Shown here piece after piece: positions 8,036 to 15,994 of a DNA stretch of 35,477 bases. The stretch is from a virus (lineage: Duplodnaviria > Caudoviricetes): IMG/VR virus record IMGVR_UViG_3300025437_000033, positions 1 to 35,477 of that record; one strand, written 5' to 3'. Both the position numbers and the translations under genes were made by a program. The notes under the pieces are model-generated. The model made no database searches. It was not told the origin of the DNA and worked only from the letters and a program-made list of their open reading frames with translations. Numbering within the stretch: position 1 is the stretch's first letter; each line of letters opens with the position of its first letter.

Positions 8036-8468
8036 TGAGGCCTAGGTGATCCTCTGTTATCAATTTAAACTCCCAACCACGGTCAAGGCAGTATTCTTCA
8101 GCGGCTTTCCATTTGGCTTGATTCACGCCCCATGTTGTGACTTCATTGATATACTGTTTGGTGATTCTTTTACGTTGTTCTGGTTGCTGAGTTTGTTTTT
8201 TAGGTTTGACTTCAAGCAGTAAAGTTTTGAGTTTCCCGTCTCTGGTTCTCGATTTAACAAGAAAATCAGGAAAATAACGATGCATTCTACCATCAACAGG
8301 TGATTTATAAGGTATAATCAATTCTTCACTAGCCCATGATAAAATGTCTGGATTATTGTCTAACCAAGACATAACTTTACATTCCCACGAGGAACGATAA
8401 ACAATATTGTTTGGGTCGCCAATGTATTTTTGTGGGTAACGAGGTTTAAATAGTCCGGAATATGCCAT
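8031..8468 (-). CDS. 4: Head completion nuclease (gp4-like, TnsA-type PD-(D/E)xK)
   Basis: MAYSG.FKP..P.KY.GD...IVYRSSWE, WASEE..IPY, HRYFPDF, EVKP, NQAKWKAA, F..ITE. Confidence 0.93.
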   Translation of the reverse strand: MAYSGLFKPRYPQKYIGDPNNIVYRSSWECKVMSWLDNNPDILSWASEELIIPYKSPVDGRMHRYFPDFLVKSRTRDGKLKTLLLEVKPKKQTQQPEQRKRITKQYINEVTTWGVNQAKWKAAEEYCLDRGWEFKLITEDHLGLN

Positions 8469-8473
8469 AAATA
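8466..8473 (+). promoter_or_regulatory. Late promoter for the gp48-gp53 baseplate operon
   Basis: CATAAATA in the divergent gap, overlapping the gene 4 start codon. Confidence 0.65.
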
Positions 8474-8500
8474 ATATATATTCACATAAAAGAGAGTACC

Positions 8501-9718
8501 ATGGGTTTACAAATATTACCTTCTAATATTGGTGGTATCAGCACTAGTTCACTACTCGGTGGTCCATTAACTAGTTTATTTACCAATACAAACCAAGTCC
8601 AAAATTTGATATTTCCATCAGATTTGGCGTCTAACCCTTCTATGGGTCATGCAGTACTTATCCAAGCATATGACTATACAACCAGTTTAGGTAGTGCAAT
8701 AACCAGTTCAGCAAGTGCCGTTTCAAGTTTAACTGACAACTTTAGTCTTGAGAATCTTGGTTCTGTTGCTACTACAATTGGTACTGCTCTTGGATTGGCA
8801 ACACAAGCAGGAAATTATGCGCCACAGAAAAAAGGTAATCCTTTGGCTAGCATTTCTATGTTTATGCCTGAAAACCTAACAGTTAATTATAATTCATCTT
8901 ATACAGATATTAGTATTACTGAAGAATTGGGCATTGTTGGTTTTGCTGGTAATTTGTATTCTGATGCTAGCAAAAAAGAATTGGGTGGAAAAATTACTCC
9001 TTATGGTATTGCTGGTGCTGCATATGGTGCAAACAAAGTATCTTCAGCATTAGGCGGTACAGGTCAAATTGGTTCTCTTGCTGCACAAGGCGCAGGTGTG
9101 TTTGTCAACCCACAAATGCAGCTATTGTATAAGGGTGTTGGTCTAAGAACATTTCAATTAGAATTCTTGATGACACCAAAAACTTCTGCTGAAGCAAAGA
9201 CTGTACAAAATATTTGTGATACATTGACATTCTATTCATTACCTGGTATTGCAGGTGCCCAAGGCGGTGGTTCTGGTCAGTTTTTGACACCACCACAAAT
9301 CTTCTCTGTACAATTTAAATTCTTAGGTCAAAACGGTATTCTAGGAACAATTTCTAATGTTCTTACTTCTGCACTCAACAATTCTGGTCTAGGGTTTTTA
9401 ACACAAGGCGATACAGGTTCTATTAGTAATGCCAATGCAGCAAAACTATTCACAGTTAATGATTGTGTGTTAGAAGATGTTACCGTTGATTATGCGCCTA
9501 ATGGTTTTTCTGCATACAAAGATGGTTATCCAGTTCAAACTCGTTTGACATTACAATTCAAAGAGACAACAATGATTACTAAAGAACAATTTAAAGGTAG
9601 TCAGGTTGCTGCAAATTACAATACACAACAGCAATTAAATTCTACACAAAGTAGTACTGATTCTCAGATTGCTAATTACCAAGCACAATATGACGCTGGT
9701 GATATTCCACAGGATTAA
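8501..9718 (+). CDS. 48: Baseplate tail tube cap (gp48-like)
   Basis: I..FMPE.L...Y...Y, NPQMQLLYKG..LRTF..EF..TPK...EA, CVL..V.VDYAPNG, P....LTL.FKE. Confidence 0.85.
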   Translation: MGLQILPSNIGGISTSSLLGGPLTSLFTNTNQVQNLIFPSDLASNPSMGHAVLIQAYDYTTSLGSAITSSASAVSSLTDNFSLENLGSVATTIGTALGLATQAGNYAPQKKGNPLASISMFMPENLTVNYNSSYTDISITEELGIVGFAGNLYSDASKKELGGKITPYGIAGAAYGANKVSSALGGTGQIGSLAAQGAGVFVNPQMQLLYKGVGLRTFQLEFLMTPKTSAEAKTVQNICDTLTFYSLPGIAGAQGGGSGQFLTPPQIFSVQFKFLGQNGILGTISNVLTSALNNSGLGFLTQGDTGSISNANAAKLFTVNDCVLEDVTVDYAPNGFSAYKDGYPVQTRLTLQFKETTMITKEQFKGSQVAANYNTQQQLNSTQSSTDSQIANYQAQYDAGDIPQD

Positions 9719-9723
9719 TAAAA

Positions 9724-10356
9724 ATGAAATATTTTAATTCTTTACCTTTAATTCCAAATAGAGACTCATTTGGTAATATTCATTTATTGAGAAATTTATT
9801 AATTAGAACTGCATTAATTCCTCAGTTATCTAAAAATCCTTTATTGTATTACCAATATCCTACACAAGAAGGTGATACACCAGAAATTATTGCTAATAAG
9901 TATTATGGTGATTCTTATCGTTATTGGATTGTTTTGTATGGTAATCCACAGATGTTGGATCCACAATCTAACTGGCCATTGACATCAAATCAATTTTTGA
10001 CTTACTTACAAGATAAGTATGCAGATGTTGCCGGTGGTGCATCAAATGTGGTTTCTTATACTCAAGCAACGGCATACGAATATCAGAAGGTGGTAACAAC
10101 CATTGATAGTTCAACACAAACAACTGTTATTAAAACTGTAGCAATTGATGAGACTACATATCTCCAATTGATACCATCATCAACTGTACAAACATTTCCA
10201 AATGGTTCAACAGTAACTTATAATGTATCTAAAAATGCGTTATCAATTTATGATTATGAAAATCAGTTAAATGAATCAAAACGAAACATTAATCTGATTA
10301 ATAAAAATTATGCAAGTCAAATGGAATCACAATTTAAATCCTTGGTGAAAGTATAA
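9724..10356 (+). CDS. 53: Baseplate wedge protein (gp53-like)
   Basis: YF..LP, EGDTPEIIANKYYGD..YW (LysM-like), DP...WPL, YDYE...NE.KR.I.L. Confidence 0.9.
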   Translation: MKYFNSLPLIPNRDSFGNIHLLRNLLIRTALIPQLSKNPLLYYQYPTQEGDTPEIIANKYYGDSYRYWIVLYGNPQMLDPQSNWPLTSNQFLTYLQDKYADVAGGASNVVSYTQATAYEYQKVVTTIDSSTQTTVIKTVAIDETTYLQLIPSSTVQTFPNGSTVTYNVSKNALSIYDYENQLNESKRNINLINKNYASQMESQFKSLVKV

Positions 10357-11762
10357 TGTCGTTAGATACAAAATATCTTCGTTATCCTACCGATTATAAT
10401 TTAGTAACTTTAAACTTAATAACATCACTACAAGATGGTATTGTTAATTTAAAGCCGTTCATGCTCGAATTGAATTTGTTTGAAGATATTTACAGTTCTA
10501 CTATTTCAGGTGAGGTAGTTCTCTCCGATGCTTTAGGACTTATATCAAGTTATTTGTTAAATGGTACAGAATTTATTCAGGTACAATTACAAAAGACTAC
10601 ACAAGATCCAGATGTTCTTTCTCGTAATTATAGAGTATATAAGATAGGCAAGAGAGTAACTTCTGACAGTAATAACTATGAAGTTTATGTTCTTAATTTT
10701 ATTTCTGAAGAATTTTTAATCTCAGAACAAAATCGTTTATCAAAATCATATCCTGGTCAACAAATAGATTTTATCATTAATGATATTCTTACCACTTATA
10801 TACAAACAAGTAAGAATGTAACTATTGACCCAACTCTTGGTACATACAACTTCGTTTTACCAAACAAAAAACTATTTGAAACAATTAATTGGTTATCAAC
10901 ATACGCATTGCCTGATGGGCAAGAAGGTGCCGATATGTTGTTCTTTGAAAATAGTACTGGTTACTTTTTAAAATCTTTACAGAATCTTTTCTCACAATCT
11001 GCGTATCAGACTTATAAGTATGATCCTAAAAATATTGATGAAACTGATATGAACCAAAGGTTGACTAATGCTTTAGAGTTTGAAGTATTAGATTTTTTTG
11101 ATACTTTGGCGGCCACAACAAATGGTACTTTTGCAAATAAGGTAATTACAATTGATCCATTGTTACGACAAGTGAATAGAGTTGATGGTATTTTTGATTA
11201 CAGTCAATATGCTGGTGCCATGTTAAATGGTAGTGCTTTGACAAATATAACAAATGGTTATCAAAACCGTTTAGGTCAAACAATGTATGAAACAAATCGT
11301 GATGTTCCGTCAGGATTGGAAGTTGGTGCTTTAAGATTGGCATCTTCTAATGCAAGCGAAAAGAAAAATTCTTATGTTGAACAAAATCCTGATGCAGTTT
11401 CAAATGATATCTATATTGAAAAATATGTACCTAATCGTGTTGCTCAGTTAGGTTTGGCAAATTACATGAGAATTAAATTGACTGTTCCTGGTGATCCTAA
11501 TTTGTGTGCAGGCCAAGTGGTTAATTTCAACACATATGCTATTGACCCCGTTTCGTTTACACAGACAGGTTCGAACTCAACGAGACAATTGGATCCGTTT
11601 TATTCTGGTAAATATTTGGTATCTGCTGTGCGCCATGCGGTTAAAAATAACGCATATATATCTATCATAGAATTAATTAAAGATAGTGTATCAGCAGACT
11701 ATCCAGAGTTTAATAATAGTGATCCAGTATTACAACAACTAGTTAGTGGTGTACAAATATAA
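10356..11762 (+). CDS. Baseplate hub protein (gp27-like)
   Basis: EL.LFEDI....ISG...L.D, G.E.I, FFEN..G..LKSL, VPGDP.L.AG.VV, SGKYLVSAVRH; lies between gp53 and gp5. Confidence 0.75.
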   Translation: MSLDTKYLRYPTDYNLVTLNLITSLQDGIVNLKPFMLELNLFEDIYSSTISGEVVLSDALGLISSYLLNGTEFIQVQLQKTTQDPDVLSRNYRVYKIGKRVTSDSNNYEVYVLNFISEEFLISEQNRLSKSYPGQQIDFIINDILTTYIQTSKNVTIDPTLGTYNFVLPNKKLFETINWLSTYALPDGQEGADMLFFENSTGYFLKSLQNLFSQSAYQTYKYDPKNIDETDMNQRLTNALEFEVLDFFDTLAATTNGTFANKVITIDPLLRQVNRVDGIFDYSQYAGAMLNGSALTNITNGYQNRLGQTMYETNRDVPSGLEVGALRLASSNASEKKNSYVEQNPDAVSNDIYIEKYVPNRVAQLGLANYMRIKLTVPGDPNLCAGQVVNFNTYAIDPVSFTQTGSNSTRQLDPFYSGKYLVSAVRHAVKNNAYISIIELIKDSVSADYPEFNNSDPVLQQLVSGVQI

Positions 11763-12067
11763 TGCGTAATAATTTTATTGGTCTTAATGGTTTTATCTGG
11801 TGGGTCGGCGTGGTTGAAAACCGTGCCGGTGATGAACTAGGTCTTGGTCGTTGCCAAATTCGAATTTTTGGTTGGCACACAGACGATACTTCAGCATTAC
11901 CAACAGAGGATTTGCCATGGGCGCATCCTATGTACCCAATTAATAATTCTAAATCTTTTTCTCAACCTAAAGTAGGAGATTGGATAGTAGGTTTTTTCAT
12001 GGATGGTGAATCAGGCCAATTTCCTATTATGATGGGTGTTTTACCCGGTATTCAACAGGAAGGATAA
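11762..12067 (+). CDS. 5: gp5 N-terminal OB-fold domain as a stand-alone gene
   Basis: FIWWVGVVENR..D.LGLGRC.IRIFGWH......LPTEDLPWA, P..GDW.VGFFMDGE..Q.P..MG.LPG; stop immediately after the domain. Confidence 0.9.
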   Translation: MRNNFIGLNGFIWWVGVVENRAGDELGLGRCQIRIFGWHTDDTSALPTEDLPWAHPMYPINNSKSFSQPKVGDWIVGFFMDGESGQFPIMMGVLPGIQQEG

Positions 12068-12068
12068 A

Positions 12069-12734
12069 ATGGCTATACCTACACTACCCTTAATCGTTGC
12101 TGTCGTTGGCGCTATCGAAAGCAATCCACCAAAACCAACTCATAGTGGAAATGCTCCTTCGGTTGGTGGACCAACAAACCCTTCTTTGGCTCGAGGCCAA
12201 ATTGCCAATACTTCTATTTCTTTTTCAAATAGTAATTTGGCTCACGTTTGTGACATTTCTGGTAAAATTAAATATTCTATTGCGTGGGTTTCATTTCAAA
12301 TTAAAGAAGCAATTGAAGCAATTAGAACATATGTTCAAGGTCTGTTTGCTAGTACATCTAGTTCACCTTTTGCAGATGGAGTTAGAGCAGTCATTACTGC
12401 AATTCAAGGTCAAGTTAAATTAATTCAAAAGTTAATTAAAAAGGCACAAGAAGTACAAGCACAAATTACTGGTTATATTATTCAATTACAAAAACTAATT
12501 AAATATATTGAAACTCTACCAGCAAGAATTGCTGCAATTTTGACACAATGTATTAAAGATGCTCTTTCAAGTATTAATGGTGCTATTTCAAATGCTACTG
12601 CTATTGTTAATTCACAAAAGAATGGCGGATTAAGTACTGCTTCTGCTGCAGCATTAACCGCATCAACACAATTGACAACAGCACAACAAAACAATTCAGG
12701 CACTTCTAGTGGGCCTACATTTCAGAAACCTTAG
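12069..12734 (+). CDS. gp5 middle piece: linker motif plus amphipathic helical domain (no lysozyme)
   Basis: ATG 12069 with AGGA SD (preferred over 12036). PTNPSLARG resembles the post-OB linker of gp5 homologues; long heptad-like helices follow. Confidence 0.65.
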   Translation: MAIPTLPLIVAVVGAIESNPPKPTHSGNAPSVGGPTNPSLARGQIANTSISFSNSNLAHVCDISGKIKYSIAWVSFQIKEAIEAIRTYVQGLFASTSSSPFADGVRAVITAIQGQVKLIQKLIKKAQEVQAQITGYIIQLQKLIKYIETLPARIAAILTQCIKDALSSINGAISNATAIVNSQKNGGLSTASAAALTASTQLTTAQQNNSGTSSGPTFQKP

Positions 12735-12742
12735 GGAATATA

Positions 12743-13489
12743 ATGGCAGATTTATCGTGGACAGAACCGGAATCGGCAGCAAATACCGATTATCAGCCTG
12801 TTTATCCGTATAATAGTGTAACACAATCTGAATCTGGTCATTCGTTAGAATTGGACGATACGCCTGGTCGTGAGCGTGTTAGACTACAACATGGTACCGG
12901 CAATACATTTATTGAGATGCAAGCAACCGGTGATGAGATTCATAAAATATTTGGTAATGGTTATGAAATTGTATTAAAAGATAAAAATGTTTTAATTAGT
13001 GGTAATTGTAATATTACTGTTATGGGAGATTCTGTTCTTCATGTACAAGGAGATTCTTATCAACAAGTAGACGGTACAGTATATCAAAATGTGAATGGTA
13101 ATGTTAAGCAGTTAATCAACGGTGATTGTGAACAGACAGTACAAGGTGATTTTGATATCAATGCAAGCGGTGATGTAAATATTTCAGCCACACATTTAAA
13201 TGTAAATGCTGATGTGGCAGTTCGTGGTGATATTACGGCAACACAAAGTGTATCGGTTAAAGGTAATATTTCTGCCGGTTTATCGGTATCAGCAATCAAA
13301 AGTGTTGAAACTTCTGGATTCATGGCAGCTGCCACAACAATTGTTGCCGGCGTATCAGTTTACGGACCAATAGTTTCTGATATGTTTGGTTCTATGGAAA
13401 TGTTTAGATTAAAAGTGGACCGCCACGTTCACATCGGTAATAGAGGTTTCCCAACTTCACCACCAAGTAACGGCATAATGGAAGCATAA
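12743..13489 (+). CDS. 5: gp5 C-terminal beta-helix spike with HxH apex
   Basis: EP......YPYN....SESGH..ELDDTPGRER.RL.H.TG, 8-residue V.G repeats, terminal DRHVH..G.PTSPP. Confidence 0.88.
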   Translation: MADLSWTEPESAANTDYQPVYPYNSVTQSESGHSLELDDTPGRERVRLQHGTGNTFIEMQATGDEIHKIFGNGYEIVLKDKNVLISGNCNITVMGDSVLHVQGDSYQQVDGTVYQNVNGNVKQLINGDCEQTVQGDFDINASGDVNISATHLNVNADVAVRGDITATQSVSVKGNISAGLSVSAIKSVETSGFMAAATTIVAGVSVYGPIVSDMFGSMEMFRLKVDRHVHIGNRGFPTSPPSNGIMEA

Positions 13490-13490
13490 T

Positions 13491-14297
13491 ATGAGTGTTT
13501 ACGGAAGATTAGGTTATACTAAAGGTTCTGCCGTTTTTAATGGTGCGGATCAACTCACGGCTAACACTCTTAATTTTGTAAACAATTCAAACATCAATTT
13601 AAACCAATGGCAAATTAATGATTTGTCAAATGCTACTGTTGGTGGTTACTATCAAAATCCATACAATACAAATTTAGCAACACTTGCTATTTACTTAAAT
13701 GGTTTGGCAGTTCTTGCAAATACTTCAAATACGGTGTTTGCCAATACGGCAACGGCAGCTAATACATTAAGTGCAGCAATTGTAAGTGCAGAAAATTCTT
13801 TGTTTAATTTTACTGTTCATACAAACAATTTATCTGGTGTAACTCTTTCTGCTAATACTACTTTGTATCCAGATTTAGGTTCTGCTTTGGCTGTTGGCCG
13901 TCAAATATTAAATATTACCAATAAAACAGACTCAATACAAGATAATACTCCTATTATGGGCAATTTTACTAGTTTGTATATTGGTTCTGCTTTATCAAAC
14001 TCTACTATTGCAATTGTAAGTGATTATGCAACTTTAAATAATAGTATTTCATTGGTAAGTGGAAACGCAACAAGTAATATTACAAACACCGCCATTAATA
14101 CAATTATAACCGATGTAACAAATTTACAAACGTTAATGGATACGCAAAGAAATGGTGACATTAACTTTTATACCAATTCTTGTCAAGTTTTACAAGATTA
14201 TCAAACACTTTTACAGTTTTCTAATTTAGGTGCTTCACAGAATTCACTCATCAAATTAATTGGAACTAGTAAATTACATTCGGAGTTAGGATACTAA
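13491..14297 (+). CDS. Hypothetical Asn/Thr-rich virion protein
   Basis: 268-aa ORF tightly coupled to its neighbours; no family recognised. Confidence 0.7.
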   Translation: MSVYGRLGYTKGSAVFNGADQLTANTLNFVNNSNINLNQWQINDLSNATVGGYYQNPYNTNLATLAIYLNGLAVLANTSNTVFANTATAANTLSAAIVSAENSLFNFTVHTNNLSGVTLSANTTLYPDLGSALAVGRQILNITNKTDSIQDNTPIMGNFTSLYIGSALSNSTIAIVSDYATLNNSISLVSGNATSNITNTAINTIITDVTNLQTLMDTQRNGDINFYTNSCQVLQDYQTLLQFSNLGASQNSLIKLIGTSKLHSELGY

Positions 14298-14298
14298 A

Positions 14299-14892
14299 AT
14301 GGCATTTAATATACCATTAGACCCAACGGTACTAGCAACAGTACAGGCACAAAACTCAGGAGTTGTTACTGGTAGTGGATTATCCGGTATTTTGTACACT
14401 TATGCTCCAAATTCTGATAGTTCAGTAGCTTTCCCGTCTGGTACTGCATTAATGTTTCAACAATCTACTGCACCAACGGGTTGGACTAAATCTGTCGTAC
14501 ATAATGACAAAGCTTTGAGAGTTGTAAGTGGTAGTGTAGGTTCAGGCGGTAGCGTACCGTTTTCTTCAGCCTTTACTTCATCCGTCGGTGGAACAGTATC
14601 AATAAGCGGTACCACAGATTCAACAACACTTTCATCTTCACAAATACCAGCACACAGCCACCCATTTACCGATATGTACTTTGCTGAGGTTGACGGAAAT
14701 TATAATTATGGTAATTCTTTGGCTGGTTCCAACAACGGACACGATAATGATAATAATGCTTTTGGTTTGAGTAACGTCACAAATAATACGGGTGGTGGCG
14801 GTTCACACAACCATACATACTCTGGTTCTGGTTCACTTGCAGTTAATTTAGCAGTTAATTATGTCGATGTTATTATTGCAACTAAAAATTGA
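14299..14892 (+). CDS. Short tail-fibre tip/collar-like protein with HxH motifs
   Basis: FPSGT.LMFQQ..APTGWTK....DKALRVV.G, TLS..QIPAHSH, TGGGGSHNH, V.YVDVIIATKN. Confidence 0.7.
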   Translation: MAFNIPLDPTVLATVQAQNSGVVTGSGLSGILYTYAPNSDSSVAFPSGTALMFQQSTAPTGWTKSVVHNDKALRVVSGSVGSGGSVPFSSAFTSSVGGTVSISGTTDSTTLSSSQIPAHSHPFTDMYFAEVDGNYNYGNSLAGSNNGHDNDNNAFGLSNVTNNTGGGGSHNHTYSGSGSLAVNLAVNYVDVIIATKN

Positions 14893-14904
14893 TAGGAAAA
14901 TATT

Positions 14905-15219
14905 ATGGAAATAAAACCAAAAAATTTATGTCCACAAGATAATTTTAATCCATGTAGAGGATTAGATTGTGCGTGGTTTACTCAAATGAGAGGTATGAAT
15001 CCTAATACGGGTAAAGATGTTGATGAATGGGGTTGTGCTATTGCATGGTTACCAGTTTTATTGGTAGAAAATAGTCAACAACAAAGACATACAGGTGCAG
15101 CCGTTGAATCTTTTAGAAATGAAATGGTTAAAAACAATGAAGTTGGACAAAAAGTACTTTTGGCGGCAGCAGGAATAACACCAACTCAAAAAACTTTAAT
15201 AATGGATAACAGAGAATGA
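14905..15219 (+). CDS. Conserved small 4-Cys phage protein
   Basis: CP......C....CAWF...G.NPNTG..VDEWGCAIAWLP...ENSQQQR.TGAAVESFRNEMVK; AGGA SD. Confidence 0.75.
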   Translation: MEIKPKNLCPQDNFNPCRGLDCAWFTQMRGMNPNTGKDVDEWGCAIAWLPVLLVENSQQQRHTGAAVESFRNEMVKNNEVGQKVLLAAAGITPTQKTLIMDNRE

Positions 15220-15503
15220 AATTATCAATAATTAGAGAAGATGGTGCAGTTTATCAAGATGGTATTGCACATTTAAATTTAGATTTGTCTTATATTCCAT
15301 CAAATGTTCACGCATTGCAATGGAGAGATACTTATGGATGGATTGAATATTCTGAAGATTCTGATGGAAATAAACAACAAAACGATAAAATTACAGTTTT
15401 ACCTGAATGGGCAAATTCTGCTATTACTTCTTGGACATCAGCAAATTCAATAATTTACTCAGCAAATTCAATAAACTATTCAGCAAATACAGCAAACACT
15501 TAA
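15216..15503 (+). CDS. Hypothetical protein, possibly fibre assembly chaperone-like
   Basis: KLSII.EDG.V..DG, IP.NVHALQW....GWIEY; ATGA overlap with the upstream gene. Confidence 0.7.
   Translation: MKLSIIREDGAVYQDGIAHLNLDLSYIPSNVHALQWRDTYGWIEYSEDSDGNKQQNDKITVLPEWANSAITSWTSANSIIYSANSINYSANTANT
15438..15488 (+). repeat. 21-bp tandem repeat (about 2.4 copies) encoding SANSIxY
   Basis: TCAGCAAATTCAATAATTTAC / TCAGCAAATTCAATAAACTAT / TCAGCAAAT. Confidence 0.9.
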
Positions 15504-15540
15504 AATGGAAAATCTAAAAATTACGATCCGGCCCCGAAAT

Positions 15541-15573
15541 GTTCCTGACGTAAACCTAGAGTTCCTTACGCAA
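15541..15573. repeat. 13-bp imperfect direct repeat with 20-bp period in a GC-rich intergenic element
   Basis: GTTCCTGACGTAA (15541-15553) and GTTCCTTACGCAA (15561-15573). Confidence 0.75.
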
Positions 15574-15589
15574 TTTTACTCCGAGGCGT

Positions 15590-15597
15590 AATAAATA
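15590..15597 (+). promoter_or_regulatory. Late promoter for gene 25
   Basis: AATAAATA, 4 nt before ATG 15602. Confidence 0.65.
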
Positions 15598-15601
15598 AAG
15601 A

Positions 15602-15994
15602 ATGGCAACAACAAATTACATCTACTCAGACCTAGATATGACCTTTCTCCCATCACCGGCGACAGGTGATGTGTCAATGAAGTATAACGAACAGGCGGTC
15701 ATTCGTTCTATTCGTAATCTATTATCAACCAATCTATATGAGAGATTATTTCAACCAGAGATTGGAAGCACATTAAATACACTATTATTTGAACAAGTTA
15801 CATCGTTAACCGCTACTTTGATTGAAAATGAGATTGTTCGTATGATTAAAAACTACGAACCAAGGGCTAGAATTAGTCAATTAAATGTGACTGCCTTACC
15901 TGATAGTAATCAATTCAACGTGGCTTTATATGTTTTTATTGGTAATCAGACGACACCAACAGCTATTAATCTATTATTACAGAGGACCAGATAA
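15602..15994 (+). CDS. 25: Baseplate wedge subunit (gp25-like)
   Basis: YSDLD.TF...P.TGDV, AV.RSIRNL..TN.YERLFQP.IGS....LLFE, I.NYEPR, L.RTR. Confidence 0.95.
   Translation: MATTNYIYSDLDMTFLPSPATGDVSMKYNEQAVIRSIRNLLSTNLYERLFQPEIGSTLNTLLFEQVTSLTATLIENEIVRMIKNYEPRARISQLNVTALPDSNQFNVALYVFIGNQTTPTAINLLLQRTR

Noticed and set aside
8031-8468. TnsA-like nuclease as a transposon or homing endonuclease
   Set aside because: It matches the core T4 gp4 head-completion protein in its usual context; there are no terminal repeats or transposase partners.
8469-8500. Minus-strand late promoter for gene 4
   Set aside because: Only a degenerate AATATATA is visible in a very AT-rich gap, too weak to call.
12036-12068. 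Frameshift or readthrough re-joining the gp5 pieces, and the 12036 start
   Set aside because: The middle ORF is +1 relative to the OB gene with no convincing shift site, and it has its own SD and ATG at 12069. The TAG at 12732-12734 is out of frame with the next gene.
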